The position numbers and the translations under genes are program-made. A stretch of 64,000 bases of DNA from Lama guanicoe (lineage: Eukaryota): NCBI GenBank assembly GCA_013239625.1, contig MU053379.1:3702866-3766865 (forward strand). The letters are read 5' to 3'. Each line of letters starts with the position of its first letter. The stretch's first letter is position 1. The notes beneath the pieces are model-generated. The model made no database searches. It saw nothing but the letters and a program-made list of their open reading frames with translations, and was not told the origin of the DNA. Positions 38,471 to 51,222 of the stretch are shown piece after piece.

Positions 38471-39439
38471 CTTGAATATGATTGTTCATGTGAAGGTCAT
38501 GAAGTCTACTTTGTGACAAGTGCCCCCCTCCCCCTTTCTTTCCCCACGTGCCACCATCAAAAGCTGAAAAACGGGCGAGAGACCACACTGTTGTGTGTGA
38601 GACTGGGGGACCCTGTGGGGACGTCATTTCCACCCAGAGGGTTTGAGAAGGGGATGCTTTTGCCATGAAATGGAAAAAGGATGGTGACAGACACATCTCC
38701 TTAGAGTAGCCTCTGGCCCCACAGGAGAGGAAGACCTGTGGCTTCTGACAACATTAGCATCGGTATTTCTTTTAACACGTTCCCAGATAACTCCACGTTC
38801 ATGGTCAGAATTTATCTCAGCTTTTCTGCAAATGCTTATCTCTCCTAGTAATCAGATTTCCTAAGGCTTTTTGGCCCCTTAGGGAATGCATCTGGTCCTG
38901 TGGTGAGGCTATCTAGGGTTTAACTAATCATGCTGAATGCTTTCCGCCATTCTTGTTCATGTTTGATCACTCTTTTATAACACACTAAATTAAACTAAAG
39001 GTGCTTGTTTCTGAGTTGTCTCTTTCACTTCCTTGGCTTGACTGTGTATTTTGCACCATAGCTGCAGTGATTGGATTTTTGTGCTTTTCTTGTGTTTTGA
39101 TACATGATCCAAGGGCCCTCCCCCCCACTTCTTTTTTTCATTCCAAAAGTTCTAGCTTTTCTTCTCAACTTCTTGATGAGAAAATAAAAGATGAAAAGAT
39201 AGGTGTGAAGACAGGGTAGATCACACAGGCTCAGTCGAGGTGAAGCACGTGGTTTCCCTCTTGCTTGTCTTTCACCCCAAATTGGTGCTTTTCCTTCCTG
39301 CTTCCTCTGCTTTCCTTCTCTCTTCCTCTTTTCTTCACTGATGTTCCGGAGTTTGTATTTTCCACTGATTGATTTGCTGGCTTCCTGATGGGTCTTTTCT
39401 ACATTTACCATCTTTCATTTTGGAGTTATTGACAAATCC

Positions 39440-39790
39440 CTCAACTTTCTGTTTTCGGGATTTTAAAAAGTGAGGACTAGCAGAGATCAGCGAAGTGCAC
39501 GCAGCACGCTGCCCTTACGCGTACGGTTCGGCCCATCCTAACTGCTGCCAAGATCAAGAACCCGCGAGGCTCTCCCATTCTCTTCCAGGTCTATCATCTC
39601 CATCTGGAATCAACCACCACCCTGACTTCATCCCCGCATGTCGGGGCTGCCTGTCCTTCAACTTCGTGACGATGGAATCACACTGTTGGTCTTGTCGTGT
39701 CTGACTCCTTTTGCTCACCATTATGTGAGATTCATTCATGTTTTGTGGGTACCAGGAGTTTCTCGTTTTTGCTGTTGTGTAGTGTTAAAA
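39440..39790 (-). mobile_element. Old L1 (L1M) 3' fragment
   Basis: gatggaatcacactg...gtgtctgactccttttgctcaccattatgtgagattcattcatgt. Confidence 0.55.
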
Positions 39791-41207
39791 TGCAAAAAAA
39801 AAGCACACTGTATTCACCAGAACAGGCATATTCTTAAACAACATTTTAGTAAGTCTTATTATGTAAAGAATGTCTCAGAATTAGAACAGAGGTCTTTGCA
39901 TGGCATAAAGAGAGGCTTTCTAGACCTAACTCAGCAAATTTGGACCATCCTTTGCAGCAAACAGTCACAGAATTTGACCTCAGTGTGTACCTTCTCATCT
40001 GTGAGATAAGGACCTTTTTCTTCTGAGTATCTCCTGAAATACAGAGGCTTAAATCTACTATCCTCAAAGTCCCACAACAGCTAGGGAAGCCCTGCGGTCT
40101 CAAAAGGCAGAGAAGACAGTTAGAAGCTGGTTTGAATGTCTTCTGTGCTAATTACATTTCTCCCCTTGTATGTAGACCCTGAGGTGATGTGAAATATTTG
40201 AAATGAAGGGGTCTGTATGCGTTTTAGGACAGTAAGTAGTTCATGATAGTTCCCATGATCACCTGAGACACGTAGAAAGAGGCCAAAGGCTTGACAGCCG
40301 GCAGAACAGGTTTGCGGATGGCAGGCATGGGCGGACCCTGCCGTTTACTTTGGAAGCAATTTGTCACTGTCAGACACACAGTGGCCTCGATGAGCTCTGT
40401 TCAAACAAGAATATAGTTTGCATCCTGACATTTCCCTGAAAACAGCAAGTTTCTTTTATCACCAGGGCAGTTTTCAAGCTCCATCTCCACTGTTGTAAAG
40501 GTGAGTTGAGTTTCTTGGGAGCGGTTCTGTTGAGCGATGTCACTTGCTCGTGAAAACCCGTCATTTGACTTTTCCAGCTTCCATCCTTTCATGTCCTCTT
40601 ACTGTCTCAGTAAACTTGACAGTGATTGATTTCCGTATTTTGTGCTTGCTGAACTCAGCTTCACTCCTCAAGCAGCCATGTACGCCCATGTACGCGACTG
40701 TGGGTCACTGATTCTTAAACTCTTATAAAGGAAGCTAATAATTTAAATATATGAGTCAAAGATGAAAATAAGACCATTTTTTTAGAACAATAATCTAAAA
40801 TCAGCTTTGAATAGAAATGACTGTTTAGCCATTACAGAGTTGTAGTCTTGCTGAAACTCGGAGTAAAACCAAGTCACTGTTCCCATGAGGCAGGAAAGTA
40901 TGAAATAACTGCAGACTTTTGTATCAGAAGAACGGGAAGAAAACAGTTAACGTATAATTGCATGTGTATACCTTTCCCAGCTTCTATTCCCTTAAAACGA
41001 TCTTTACAACTATGAAAAATTTGTAAATTTAAAATATCTTTTTTTTTGTTATGAAGGAAATGTACCCAGATTGTAGAAACAGTAGAAAACATACACAGTT
41101 CCACAACAGAAAAAAATTTTAAAAACGTATGTAAAAATAACCATAGCAGCCCCCGTACCTGAATCTTTAGAATTCTAGGCCTGGACAATGTGTAGGCAGT
41201 ATTTAGC

Positions 41208-41426
41208 CTGGGGGGTTGGCAAACCGAGGCCCCTGGGCTAAATCCAACCAGCCGCCTGTTTGTAGGTAAGGTCTGATTGGAACACAAGCCGCATGTTTAC
41301 AGACCGTCTCTAGCCGCTTGGGAACCACGCCACAGAGCTGAGTAGCTGTGACAGAGACCACATGGCTTGAACAGCCTGAAATATTTGCCATCTGGCCCTT
41401 TACAGAAAACATTTGCTGACTTCTGG
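41208..41426. mobile_element. MER58A-like hAT-Charlie element
   Basis: ggggttggcaaac...ggctaaatccaaccagccgcctgtttg...gagctgagtagctgtgacagagacca...ctggccctttacagaaaacatttgctgacttctg. Confidence 0.85.
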
Positions 41427-41671
41427 TCTAGTTCATCCAGTAAAGATTACATTATCGGGAGAAGCACCCTTGAACCAACCACGCTGTGCCTGGATCTTAC
41501 CTCGAGGAACTTACAGCCTAACTGGGAAAGGTAAGGCTTGGACATTAGTACAGTTTGAAGTATAAGAAAGTGACTAGTGCTGTGGGAGGGACAACATGCT
41601 TTGGGATTTCCGAGGGAGCACTGGGAAGGCATCGTGGGGAAGGCGACGGTGGAGCTCACCAGTCTGATGCT

Positions 41672-41751
41672 TGACCACGCCCACATGGCTGTGGAACATT
41701 CCCCTCCCACCTGACCACGCCCACGTGGCTGTGGGATATTCCCTTCCCAAG
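41672..41751. repeat. Tandem duplication, 2 x 40 bp
   Basis: tgaccacgcccacatggctgtggaacattcccctcccacc followed by tgaccacgcccacgtggctgtgggatattcccttcccaag. Confidence 0.9.
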
Positions 41752-41944
41752 AACAGCAGTAAGAAAGGCTCAGAGGTGGGGAAGCACTGGGCACGTGTGA
41801 GGGCCTCCAGGCAGACCACGGGGGTTAGTACGAGAGCCTATGGAAGAGCGTGCTGGGGGATACACTTGGGATGACAGGGCTGGTGGATTTAATGTGGGCT
41901 GAGAACGTGTTTCGTGTGCTCGGTTTAAAGGCGGTGGAAGGAAA

Positions 41945-42298
41945 ACATGGTCATTATAGAAGTTTAAGATGTACCCACAAGTTCTTTGACAGTCTTTTCA
42001 AAAGATGGAGTTGCAGTCCTCTCCCCTGGAGTGAGGACAGGGCTGGACTTAGAGAGTCACACTGAAAGAACAGAGGAAGGTGAGAGGCAGTTCTTCCAGC
42101 CCTAGTTAGCCATTGGATTATGGCAGCTGCAGACGACCACTGGACAGACCTCCTGAAAGACCTTGAGCCAGATCCTCCCAGTGAAGTTGCTCCTGGACTC
42201 CTGACCCACCCTCAGAAACCCTGTGATTTGATGAATGACTGTTGTTTTAAGCCACTAAGTTCTGGGGCAATTTGTTATGCACAATAGATAAGGGATAC
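41945..42298 (+). mobile_element. MLT1 (MaLR) LTR, internally deleted
   Basis: Ends gttgttttaagccactaagttctggggcaatttgttatgcacaatagataa, a typical MLT1 3' end. Confidence 0.75.
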
Positions 42299-44404
42299 TG
42301 TTACCATCTTTATAGTGTTGCTTTGGGCAGAATAAATGCAGTCATTTCCTTCCATCCCTCCATCCATCCCTCCACCCACCCATCCACTGACCACATTCAT
42401 GGGCGTGTCCTTCCTGCAGGGCACCATGGGAGGCCCTGGTCCCCTGGCTTCCTGGAATGCAGCGGTGGGTAGGGTGGACCTCGCTAAGCGAGCCTGGAGA
42501 TGGGCAGGCGGCCCTCCCAGGGGTCCAGGAGGGCGGGGCTGGTAGCAGACACACGGTGTGCGCTGGCTGCGGGGCTGGGGCAGGCTGGATCGGCAGAGGG
42601 TTACTGTCCGGGAGGAACTGTCACCCGATGCGGGAAAGGGGCCGGCCAGTAAACCCCCCGCTTCTCGCTCCAGGCCAGGGCGGCTCTGAGGTGCGTGCCT
42701 CCCCGGCCCCCAGAGGGCTGCGTGGGGCGGAGCCACGGCAGCCGTCCTTTCAGTCCCACCCTGTACTGATGGACAGTGTCGCGTCCCCTGAGCTCTCAGC
42801 GCTTCCTGGGTCACTCGCCGGGCGGGTGGCTTGCCTCCCAGTCCTTGTGCCGGGGGCTGCTGTTGGGCGGACCCACACGAGTTGAGTAACGCAGGTCTGA
42901 CTTCGAGAACGTGAGACAACCGGACGTGGCGCCACTCGCAGCGAAGCACCGAGCTGAGCGATGCCCGGGATGAAGCACCTTCCAGACGCTCCAGACCCCT
43001 GGGCTCAGAACCCGAGGCGCGGGGTGCACGTGGCTGCGTGGCCCGGCGGCGAGGCGGCAGCACGGGGACCGGCACCGGCCTTCCAGGCTCTTCCGCACGT
43101 TGCGCATCCTAGGGTCCTCTTCCACCAGGCTGCCCTGCGCCCCACGCTGCTGACGGAGCCGGATGCCCGGAAGCTCGGAAGCCCGTACGCGGCGGGGCCA
43201 GAGGTCCAGCTGGTCAGCTGACCCCAGGCCGAAGGGCTCACTGGCCCCCTTTGAGGATCTAAATACACTTGTGTTTACAACTTCACAGGAGAGTGATTCA
43301 GAAGACTTTGGGACTTATTCCTTCAAGTAGCTTGATTTTAGGGTTCAAACGTAGAAATGAGTGGAAAGCATTCATAAAACAGCACATTTATTCATCCCTT
43401 AATTTGTTTATTGAATACTAATTATGATCAGGCACTGCTCTGGGGAGCCAATAAGGACGGTTCTCATCTCTCCCAAGGTTTCTGCTTACAATACATTTAT
43501 TTCAGCAAAAAAGCAACTCGATTTAAAGGCACAATTTGGCTAGGCAGTAAAGGCGGTAGGCAAATAATTGGAATTTGATGGGACAAGAAAAGTTCATTTT
43601 GAAACCCGTTCTACCAGAAAAGAAAGAAACAACTTTAAAACGACATCTTGTCCAAGCTGAACCGAGTGCCATGCTTTTTGTTTCTAACCCTGAACACATT
43701 TAACCAGAGTCAGGTTTTGCTTCACGAGAAGGAAGTTACAGGGAATGAGTCACACCGAACCCTGGGAGCGGCCTGGCTCTTCCCTGAGAAGGATATGAGT
43801 TTTGAAGTCAAGACAAGCTGGGTTTGAGTTCTGGTTCCTCCACAGCAGAATGAGACCTTGTCCCTCAGACCGCAGTGCCGGCATCTCCAGCGCGGGCGGA
43901 CGCACCCTCCCGGCGGATTGTGGTGAGAGCACGCAGGGAGTGTTCGCGCGGATGGCGGCTGCGGGTGTCGCCGCCCCACCTGAGGCTCAGGCTGGGCGCG
44001 GGGTCCTGGCTCCTGACGTCGTGCGCAAGTGTTGCCAGAGGCCGCGGGCGTTTCACGTGTGTGTCTGGGCTTCGCTGAGCCTCCAGGGCTGCCGAGCGCG
44101 GCACACTTTTTGTGCTTTTATTTTCAGTGTTTCTTCTTTCTTCTCCTTCTTTTTCTCCCCCTCCCCCTCCTCCCCCTCCTCTTTTTCTTTTTACTTATTT
44201 TCTTCATTTGATATATTAAGTCCCCAGACAGAGGCCGCTGTTGGGAGGGACTTGGACGCTGCAGGATGCACGGATCCAGCCACAGAGAGCAGAGCCAGCG
44301 CTGGGCGGTTACCTGTCCAGAGCGGATGTGTGAATGAACAGCCCTTATTCTCATGTGTTTGCCCCACTGCCTGTTTGTCTCTGACATTTCTTAAAAGAGC
44401 AGGA

Positions 44405-45234
44405 GGTATCACCTAACACCGGTCAGAATGGCCACCATCAAAACGTCTACGAATAATAAATGCTGGCAATGGTGTGGAGAAAAGGGAGCCCTCCTGCACT
44501 GCTGGAGGGAATGTAAACTGGTGCAGCCACTATGCAGGACAGTATGGAGATTCCGTAAAAGATTAAAAATAGACTTACCGTGTGATCCAGCAATCCCACT
44601 CCTGGACATATATCCAGAGGGAACCTTAATTAAAAAATATACATGCACCCCAATATTCATAGCAGCACTGTTTACAACAGCCAAGACATGGAAACAACTT
44701 AAGTGTCAATCAACAGATGACTGGGTAAAGAAGATGCGGTATATTTATGTATACACAATGGAATACTACTCAGCCATAGAAAAGAATGAAATAATGACAT
44801 TTGCAGCAACATAAATGGAGACAAGAGATGATCATACTAGGTGAAGTAAGGCAGACAGAGAAAGACAAATATTATATGATACCACTTCTATGTAGAAGCT
44901 AAAAAAAATACAAATGAAGAAGTTATTTATAAAACAGAAACAGACTCACCGTCAGAAAACTAACTTATTGTTACCAAAGGGGAAAGGGTGGGGGAGGATA
45001 AACTAGGAGTTTGGGGTTTACAGATATACACCACTATACATAAAATAGTTAAGCAACAAGGATTTGCTGTAGAGCACAGGGAACTATATTCAATATCTTG
45101 TAATAACCTATGATAGAAAAGAATCTGAAAAGGAATATATATATATATATGTGTGTGTGTATATATGTCTGAATCACCTTGCTGTCCATGTGGAACTAAC
45201 ACGATATTGTAAACTGACTGTAGTTCAGTTTTGG
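44405..45234 (+). mobile_element. 5'-truncated L1 (ORF2 C-terminus + 3' UTR) with target-site duplication
   Basis: ORF 44428-44814 ([54 protein letters not shown]) is the L1 ORF2 C-terminus. Flanked by aaagagcagga (44394-44404) and aaagtgcagga (45235-45245), with a TT/AAAA endonuclease site. Confidence 0.95.
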
Positions 45235-45845
45235 AAAGTGCAGGACGAGGCCTACACTAGGGCAGAGAGTGTTTCCCGTGCCTGCTGGCCAGCTCTTTCC
45301 TTCGGACACACTTGTTTGCATTTCCTTTGTGGCAGAAAGTGCGCACTGTGGGGGCAGCTGACGTCCAGCTTCAGGGCGGGTGCTCTGCCATCACTGGCTA
45401 CATTATCTTCTGGTCAGGACTCCTCGGCCGCTGGAATGTGACCTTCTGACCGCTGGCTGATCGGGTCAGTGCAATCGAGCATTAGATCCTCTTTTGATGA
45501 TCCCAGATGGACAGGACCAGCCTGATAGCTGTCCTGTGATCTTCTAGGTCAACCTTTGCTGCTTCAGGTGGGTGACTCCACCACAAAATCCTTTGGAGGA
45601 GACAGTGAAAGGCGGGCACCGCGGACATGATCCGGGAAAGACACACAGTAAGCGCTGCATTTTGTTGATAACATCTCAAAAGTATTCAAATGCAGTATCA
45701 TTATAAAATGGGCATGTTTAAAACTCAGCTGATCATTTTAAAAATCAGTTTTTTAAAGAAAGATCATTACTGTTCATATTTCTATAATAACAAACATTTT
45801 TCACATGTTGGAAAAGTGCTTTAATGAGTTTCTCTGGACTGAGAT

Positions 45846-46105
45846 TTTATTTTAAATGGAGGAAAATTGACACAGAACAGTATATTAGTTTCAGGTTTGC
45901 AACATAATATGCAATATTTGTGTGCACAGTAAAGTGACCACCACAGTAAGTCTAGTTACCACCTGTCACCATACACAGTTACAAAAGGGTTTTTTTGTTG
46001 TTGTTTTTGTCCTTTTTGTGTGATGAAGGCTTTAAAGGTTTACTCTCTTAGCAACTTCCAAATTTGCAGCACAGTATTATTAACTATAGTCATCACGCTG
46101 TCCAT
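45846..46105 (-). mobile_element. L1MA-like 3' end fragment
   Basis: gtaagtctagttaccacctgtcaccatacacagttaca...tttactctcttagcaacttccaaatttgcagcacagtattattaactatagtcatcacgctgt. Confidence 0.75.
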
Positions 46106-48179
46106 GAGACCCTTAAAATCAACTTTAACCTGATTTTATTTTTTTCCAGCGGAGAGACTAAAACTCAAATATTATCACAGCAAGCAATCAAGAATTTTAT
46201 TGGGAAAATTGTCAAGTATGTAGTAAGATTTCTCAGTAAACACTCCAGCACCTAGATCCTGACATCAACATTTTACCGTCTTCGCTCTGTCATGTATCCT
46301 TCCATCTAGCCAAAGAATATGGGAAATTTTATTACGATTTTGTTGCTCATGAGTTGACTTTGACTTTCAAGAGCTCTTCTGCGCGGTGTGGCTGCAAAAC
46401 TACCCAGAATAATTTGAAAGCATGTGATTAAACGTAGCCTTGATGGTAAAAATACAAGCAATGTAAATAGTTCTGCAGAACAAATTTTAACCATTACACA
46501 ATCCAGCCTCGTCGGAACTCTGGGTCTCAGATAAAGAACAATTAAGCCCTTGAAAATGAAACAGGGAGATTTTCTCTCCTGATTCGGGCCTGGTTCTGAG
46601 CGTGCGTTCTGTGATACTTCAGGCTGTACACGCACTGCCTGTGTGTATAAAACCCAATGTGTGCTCTTCTAATAAACGGTGCGAGGGAAACCGTGTGGCG
46701 GTGCTGCGTCCTGCGAGCCAGACGCTCTTCTCTCAGTTTCCTGCTCCCTCACTGGACCCTGGCACCCTGGCTTCTTTTCTCCCTGGCCAAAGCCCAGCTC
46801 TGTCTCGGAGCCTCTGTTGTCTACCTGGGGTCTCCCGGGGAGCACACGAAAGTCCATACGTGGTTTGGGTTTTAGCATTTCTGTCTGTCCAGGTTTCGCC
46901 TTGATGGCACCAAGAATCTGATCTCCTTTGAAGATAAATAGAATTACTTTATCCTGTAAACGGTACTGGGAAGCTGAGAATTGGGTTTGAACCTGGGAGA
47001 CCTGGTTTAGCCCGAGGGTCACGATGCAATTTTTAAATGCCGTCTCCCCTCTCCCACCCCCTCCTGCCTTTCCCGGGAGTCCCCTGGGCCCAGAGCCACA
47101 GAGATACACTCTTTCTCCAGTTACTCTGAGGACTGGGGACGTGGCTTATCTGATGAGGGAGGTGGGGACCAGGAGGCAGCATCTGGAGGTAAAGGAAGCT
47201 GGTCAGAGGTACAGAAAATCAGAGGCAGACTGTAGGAACTGAGTTTGGGCTGATAGGAGAAATATACTTTGCATCGCTGCCTTGATTTGTTAAACCATTT
47301 TTAAAAATCTCTTATGTGACAGACGTATGGAAGCACAGTGCCGACCTCAGGCTCTCAGAGACAGCGGGTCCGTTTCCTCCTCCCTGTGCCCTTCTGGACT
47401 TGGCCTTGGTTGTGCTGGCTGCCCCAGGGTTGGTCTCTTTCCTGCACAGGGGCGGTATTTCCGCCAGAAAACCCTTCCCTGTGTTTTTCTGCTTATTTTC
47501 TGATTTGAAGTCCACTCCTGGCTACTATGCTATTTCTCGCTCCTGTTGGAACAGGACGTCCAGGGTACATCCCTGGGCTCCGTCTCCCTTCCCCACCCCC
47601 TTGTCCCCGGTGGGGCTGCCATTCCCAGCACGCCGCTGTCTCTGGTCAAGGCGGCCGGTGGCCTGTCTCGGCAAAGGCCGACGTGCACCGCTCACCTGAC
47701 CTCTGGGTGGCGGTTGGCGTCGTGGACCAGTTCCTCCTTCCTGAAGCGCTGCCCCGATCAGATCACTCCTCTGGGTTTTCTTCTGCATCCTCGGTCCCTC
47801 CTCTGCCTCCCGAGCTCCGCCTTCCTCTGCGGCCTGGTCGCTACCTGTTGGCCTGTCTCGGACCTCTGTCCTTGGTCTCCAGCCTGCTCCCTGGGTGACA
47901 TTAGAAAATGCATGGCCCTCCGCATTGTTTCTGCATCATTTCCTAGTCAAGTTCCCCAGCCCTGCCTTCTCCCTGAGCAGCGCCCTCGGCATGATGCTGC
48001 TTCCCTGCCGTGTCTGCTGGGACACTCCAGCTGAAGCTAGACTAACGTAGCAGGGCATTTCCTCCACTCGGGCCTCCCTCTTTCGCCCCAAGATTTCCTC
48101 ACTGCGCGGACTGACACTGCCGCCTCCCCTAAACCCCCGTTCTCAGCCGTCTACGGAGCTACCCTGATGGTACCAGCTG

Positions 48180-48275
48180 CACAGCCTCAGTTTCTTAATC
48201 TGTAAAATTAAGTCTGCTTGGTCTCCTTTATTGGGTTGTGGTAGAATGAAATAAAAATGCTTTGCAAATAGCAGA
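48180..48275 (+). mobile_element. MIR fragment
   Basis: agcctcagtttcttaatctgtaaaat. Confidence 0.55.
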
Positions 48276-48959
48276 ATGCTGTCCTGTCCGTGGAGGTGAC
48301 TTGTCAAAGGATCTACATAAGAGATTTCTCCCAGAGGTTTTTTTCTTCCTGGAAAACAAACATTGTCTTTTTTGACAAACTGGGACATTTCCTCCCTTCC
48401 GGCAGCCAGCAGGAACACTGTAACCCAACATGTTTACTTCTTCGCTTTGTCTAATGGGGAGCTCAGAGTGAAATGTCGTATTTCGGCATGCTCACCATTC
48501 CTGAGTTTGTTTTCGCTTATATTTACTTTTTCTCTTTCAAAACATGTCCTATTAATGTTGAATCTCTATTTTAATGTCACTGTGTGCGTCCACCTTTCAT
48601 TGCCAGCTGGGTTTTTGGTGGAGATTCTGGGCACAAGTAAATGAACCCACATCGAAATTCCACAGCCATGACCCATCTGGTCTGGGGGTCATTCTCGTAT
48701 TTTATTATCAGTAACCTGGAAGGAAATTTTCACTCAGGTTAAAAGGACTATTTTCAAAGCATTTCCTTTGGGGCAATGAAAACGAAGTAACTGTTCGTGC
48801 AGGTTTCAGAGCTTTCTTATTTTATTCATGTATTTCTTAAAATGGATATTTTTGGGTAGAATAAGTCATTTTTTCATGTAATTACAGGGCCAGTTTGCTT
48901 TGTTTGAAGCAGTAAGCCCTGTTTGCAGCGTGTGGAACCTTGGTAATACGGCCTGTCTG

Positions 48960-49350
48960 ATTTCTGTAATAATCAGGGATTCTGTTCAGTGGCTCGGAAC
49001 AGAAAACATAGCTGAAAGCGGTCCTTCTCACGTGGCTGGAGGTGAGTGGTCTGGGGCCAGTGACTGCTAAGATGGGGACTTTGGCCCTCATTGTCCCCAG
49101 GATGGGCCCTGCATCTTTAGGCATTGAGGCTGCATTCCAGGCAGGGAGAGAAGGAAGAGGAAAAGGTAAAAAGTCAGCTGAATCTGAACCCAATTATCTG
49201 GAAAACAATACTTCCCTGGAAGCTCCAAATGGCCTGCATGCTGACGTCTCACTGGGCAGAGCTGGGTCACGTGGCCGCCCCGAGCTGCACGGGGTCCGGA
49301 CGGCTGAGGACGTGACGAGGCCCCGGGCTGCCCCGAACCGGACTGGGAGG
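48960..49350 (-). mobile_element. Old MLT1 (J/K/L-like) LTR remnant
   Basis: cagggattct...cagaaaac...ctgcattccaggcagggagaga...gtctcactgggcagagctgggtcacgtggcc...agctgca. Confidence 0.5.
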
Positions 49351-50705
49351 GCGGACACCGAGGACGCGGCCAGCGGGTCGGCCTCACTCCCCAGCCGCTT
49401 CTGCTTGCTGCTCGGGCTTGTGGCTGCAGAAGGCCTCCCCTGCCGCTCAGACAGAGGCTCTGAGCCCCGAGGGAGGGAGGGCTGCGGGGGAAGGGGCCTA
49501 CACAGGCTTCCGTCAGTGCCGGTACGGACGCCAGCTTTTCCCCACAACAGCTCTTGTGTGATTATACCACTTTGCAGGCCGCCTCTGGACTTCCCATTTT
49601 TTAAAAAAAACTTTCCATTTTTTAAAAAAACAATAAGATTCTTAACCCAAAATGCACTAAATAAATACACTATAAGGAGTGACTTTTGGACACTTCACTC
49701 ATCAACTTACTACCGCAGCCACTGGTCCAAGCACGTCACTGCGGTAACGGTGAACCGTGGGCCCTGTTTGGTGAACCCACAAAGTTCTGCTCCTTGCGTT
49801 TCGGCCGAGTGAGGGGGTGAAGCGACAGCAGCTTCTCTGAGCTCCGGGCTCTTGGATGGGCCGCTCCCGTGAGGCTTGGAGGCTTCCGCGCTCCGCCTTC
49901 ACCCTGCCCTGGGTTTTCCTGCACTGTGCATTTACTCCTAGGGGCAGCTGTGTGTGAGACAACCCTTCTACCCCCAAAGTTGAAAAATTAGTGAAGAAAC
50001 TGTGCAGAAGAAAGGAAGGAGAATGAGAATAATACTTCTCGATCAGTTTACATTTTGTATGTAAACTCAGTTTGTTATTTTCATGTTGTTGTTTATTACA
50101 TCCATTTTTGTTGTTCAAGTGATATATTCTTCTATCTGTGAATTTTTAAATTTGGGCTGGGATGGAATGCATTATTCACTCCCCCACCATTAATTTTCAA
50201 GAAAAAAGTTAAGCATGAATGGCTTTCCAGGGATGGACAGATGTTTAAGTATAAGTGGAGGTTGTCAGGGAGGGGACGGCTGTGAGCTATAGCTCTCTGT
50301 GCGGATAGATGTTGTGTCGAGGGTGACGGGGAGCTCAGGCCTGCATGTTGACTTAAACTCTACAGGGGGTGTCACATGCGTTACCTTGTTTAATCCCCCC
50401 AGCAGCCCTCGGAGGGCGGCAGGCACATGGATCCATTCTGCAGGACGTTTCGATGGCTTCCTGCCCCGTCAGTGCAGCTCACGCAGAACTGCGCTTCCCG
50501 GGACTCCTTCCCACACATAATATAGCTCTTGGTCGTGTGAGACCGAAAGGCAGGGGCCGCAGCAGCCCTCGGGGGGCACACAGGTAGGTGCATAGGCTCA
50601 CCAGGAGGGTGTGGGCTGCCCCAGCTCCCGCTCATCTCCTCCTTCGGCTCCTCCGAGTCCTGGCTGCCTGGATGCAGCTCTGTGGTGAAGGCATCAGCTT
50701 CTTCT

Positions 50706-50860
50706 TTCTTTTTTTTTTTTTTTAACACCTTTATTGTGGTGTGGTTCCTACAGTAAACCACGCGTATTTTAGATGTACAATTTGGTGAATTCTGATAGAT
50801 TGCGTACACCCATGAAGCCACCGCCACAACCAAGGTAGCTGACATTTCCATCGCTCCCCA
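50706..50860 (-). mobile_element. L1MB-like 3' end with poly-T
   Basis: T-run followed by aacacctttattg...tttagatgtacaatttggtgaattctga...cccatgaagccaccgccacaaccaag. Confidence 0.65.
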
Positions 50861-50874
50861 ATAGGTGTGGTTTT

Positions 50875-51222
50875 CAAATTCCCGATTTATCCCTTCCCAC
50901 CCTCTTCCCCGCCTTGGTAAACGTAAGTTTGTTCTCTATGTCTGTGAGTCTGTTTCTGTTTTGTAGATGAGTTCATTTGTGTCCTTTTTTTTTTTTTTAG
51001 ATTCCACATATAAGCGATATCATACAGCATTTTTCTTCCTCTGTCTGCCTTACTTCACTTAGAGTGATGATCCCCAGGCCCATCCATGTTGCTGCAAACG
51101 GCATTATTTTATTCTTTTTATGGCTGAGCAGTGCTCCATTGCATATATACACCACAGCTTCTTTATCCAGTCCTCCGTCGATGGACATTTGGGTTGATTC
51201 CACGTCTTGGCTGTTGTAAGTG
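50875..51222 (-). mobile_element. L1 fragment (ORF2 end / 3' UTR)
   Basis: Minus-strand translation AKTWNQPKCPSTEDWIKKLWCIYAMEHCSAIK and FAATWM; homologous to 44680-44990. Confidence 0.9.

Noticed and set aside
41672..41751. Direct repeats as a CRISPR-like array
   Set aside because: Only two adjacent copies with no spacers, in a eukaryotic context.
44428..44814. 128-aa ORF as a host gene
   Set aside because: It is the C-terminal remnant of L1 ORF2 in a 5'-truncated copy.
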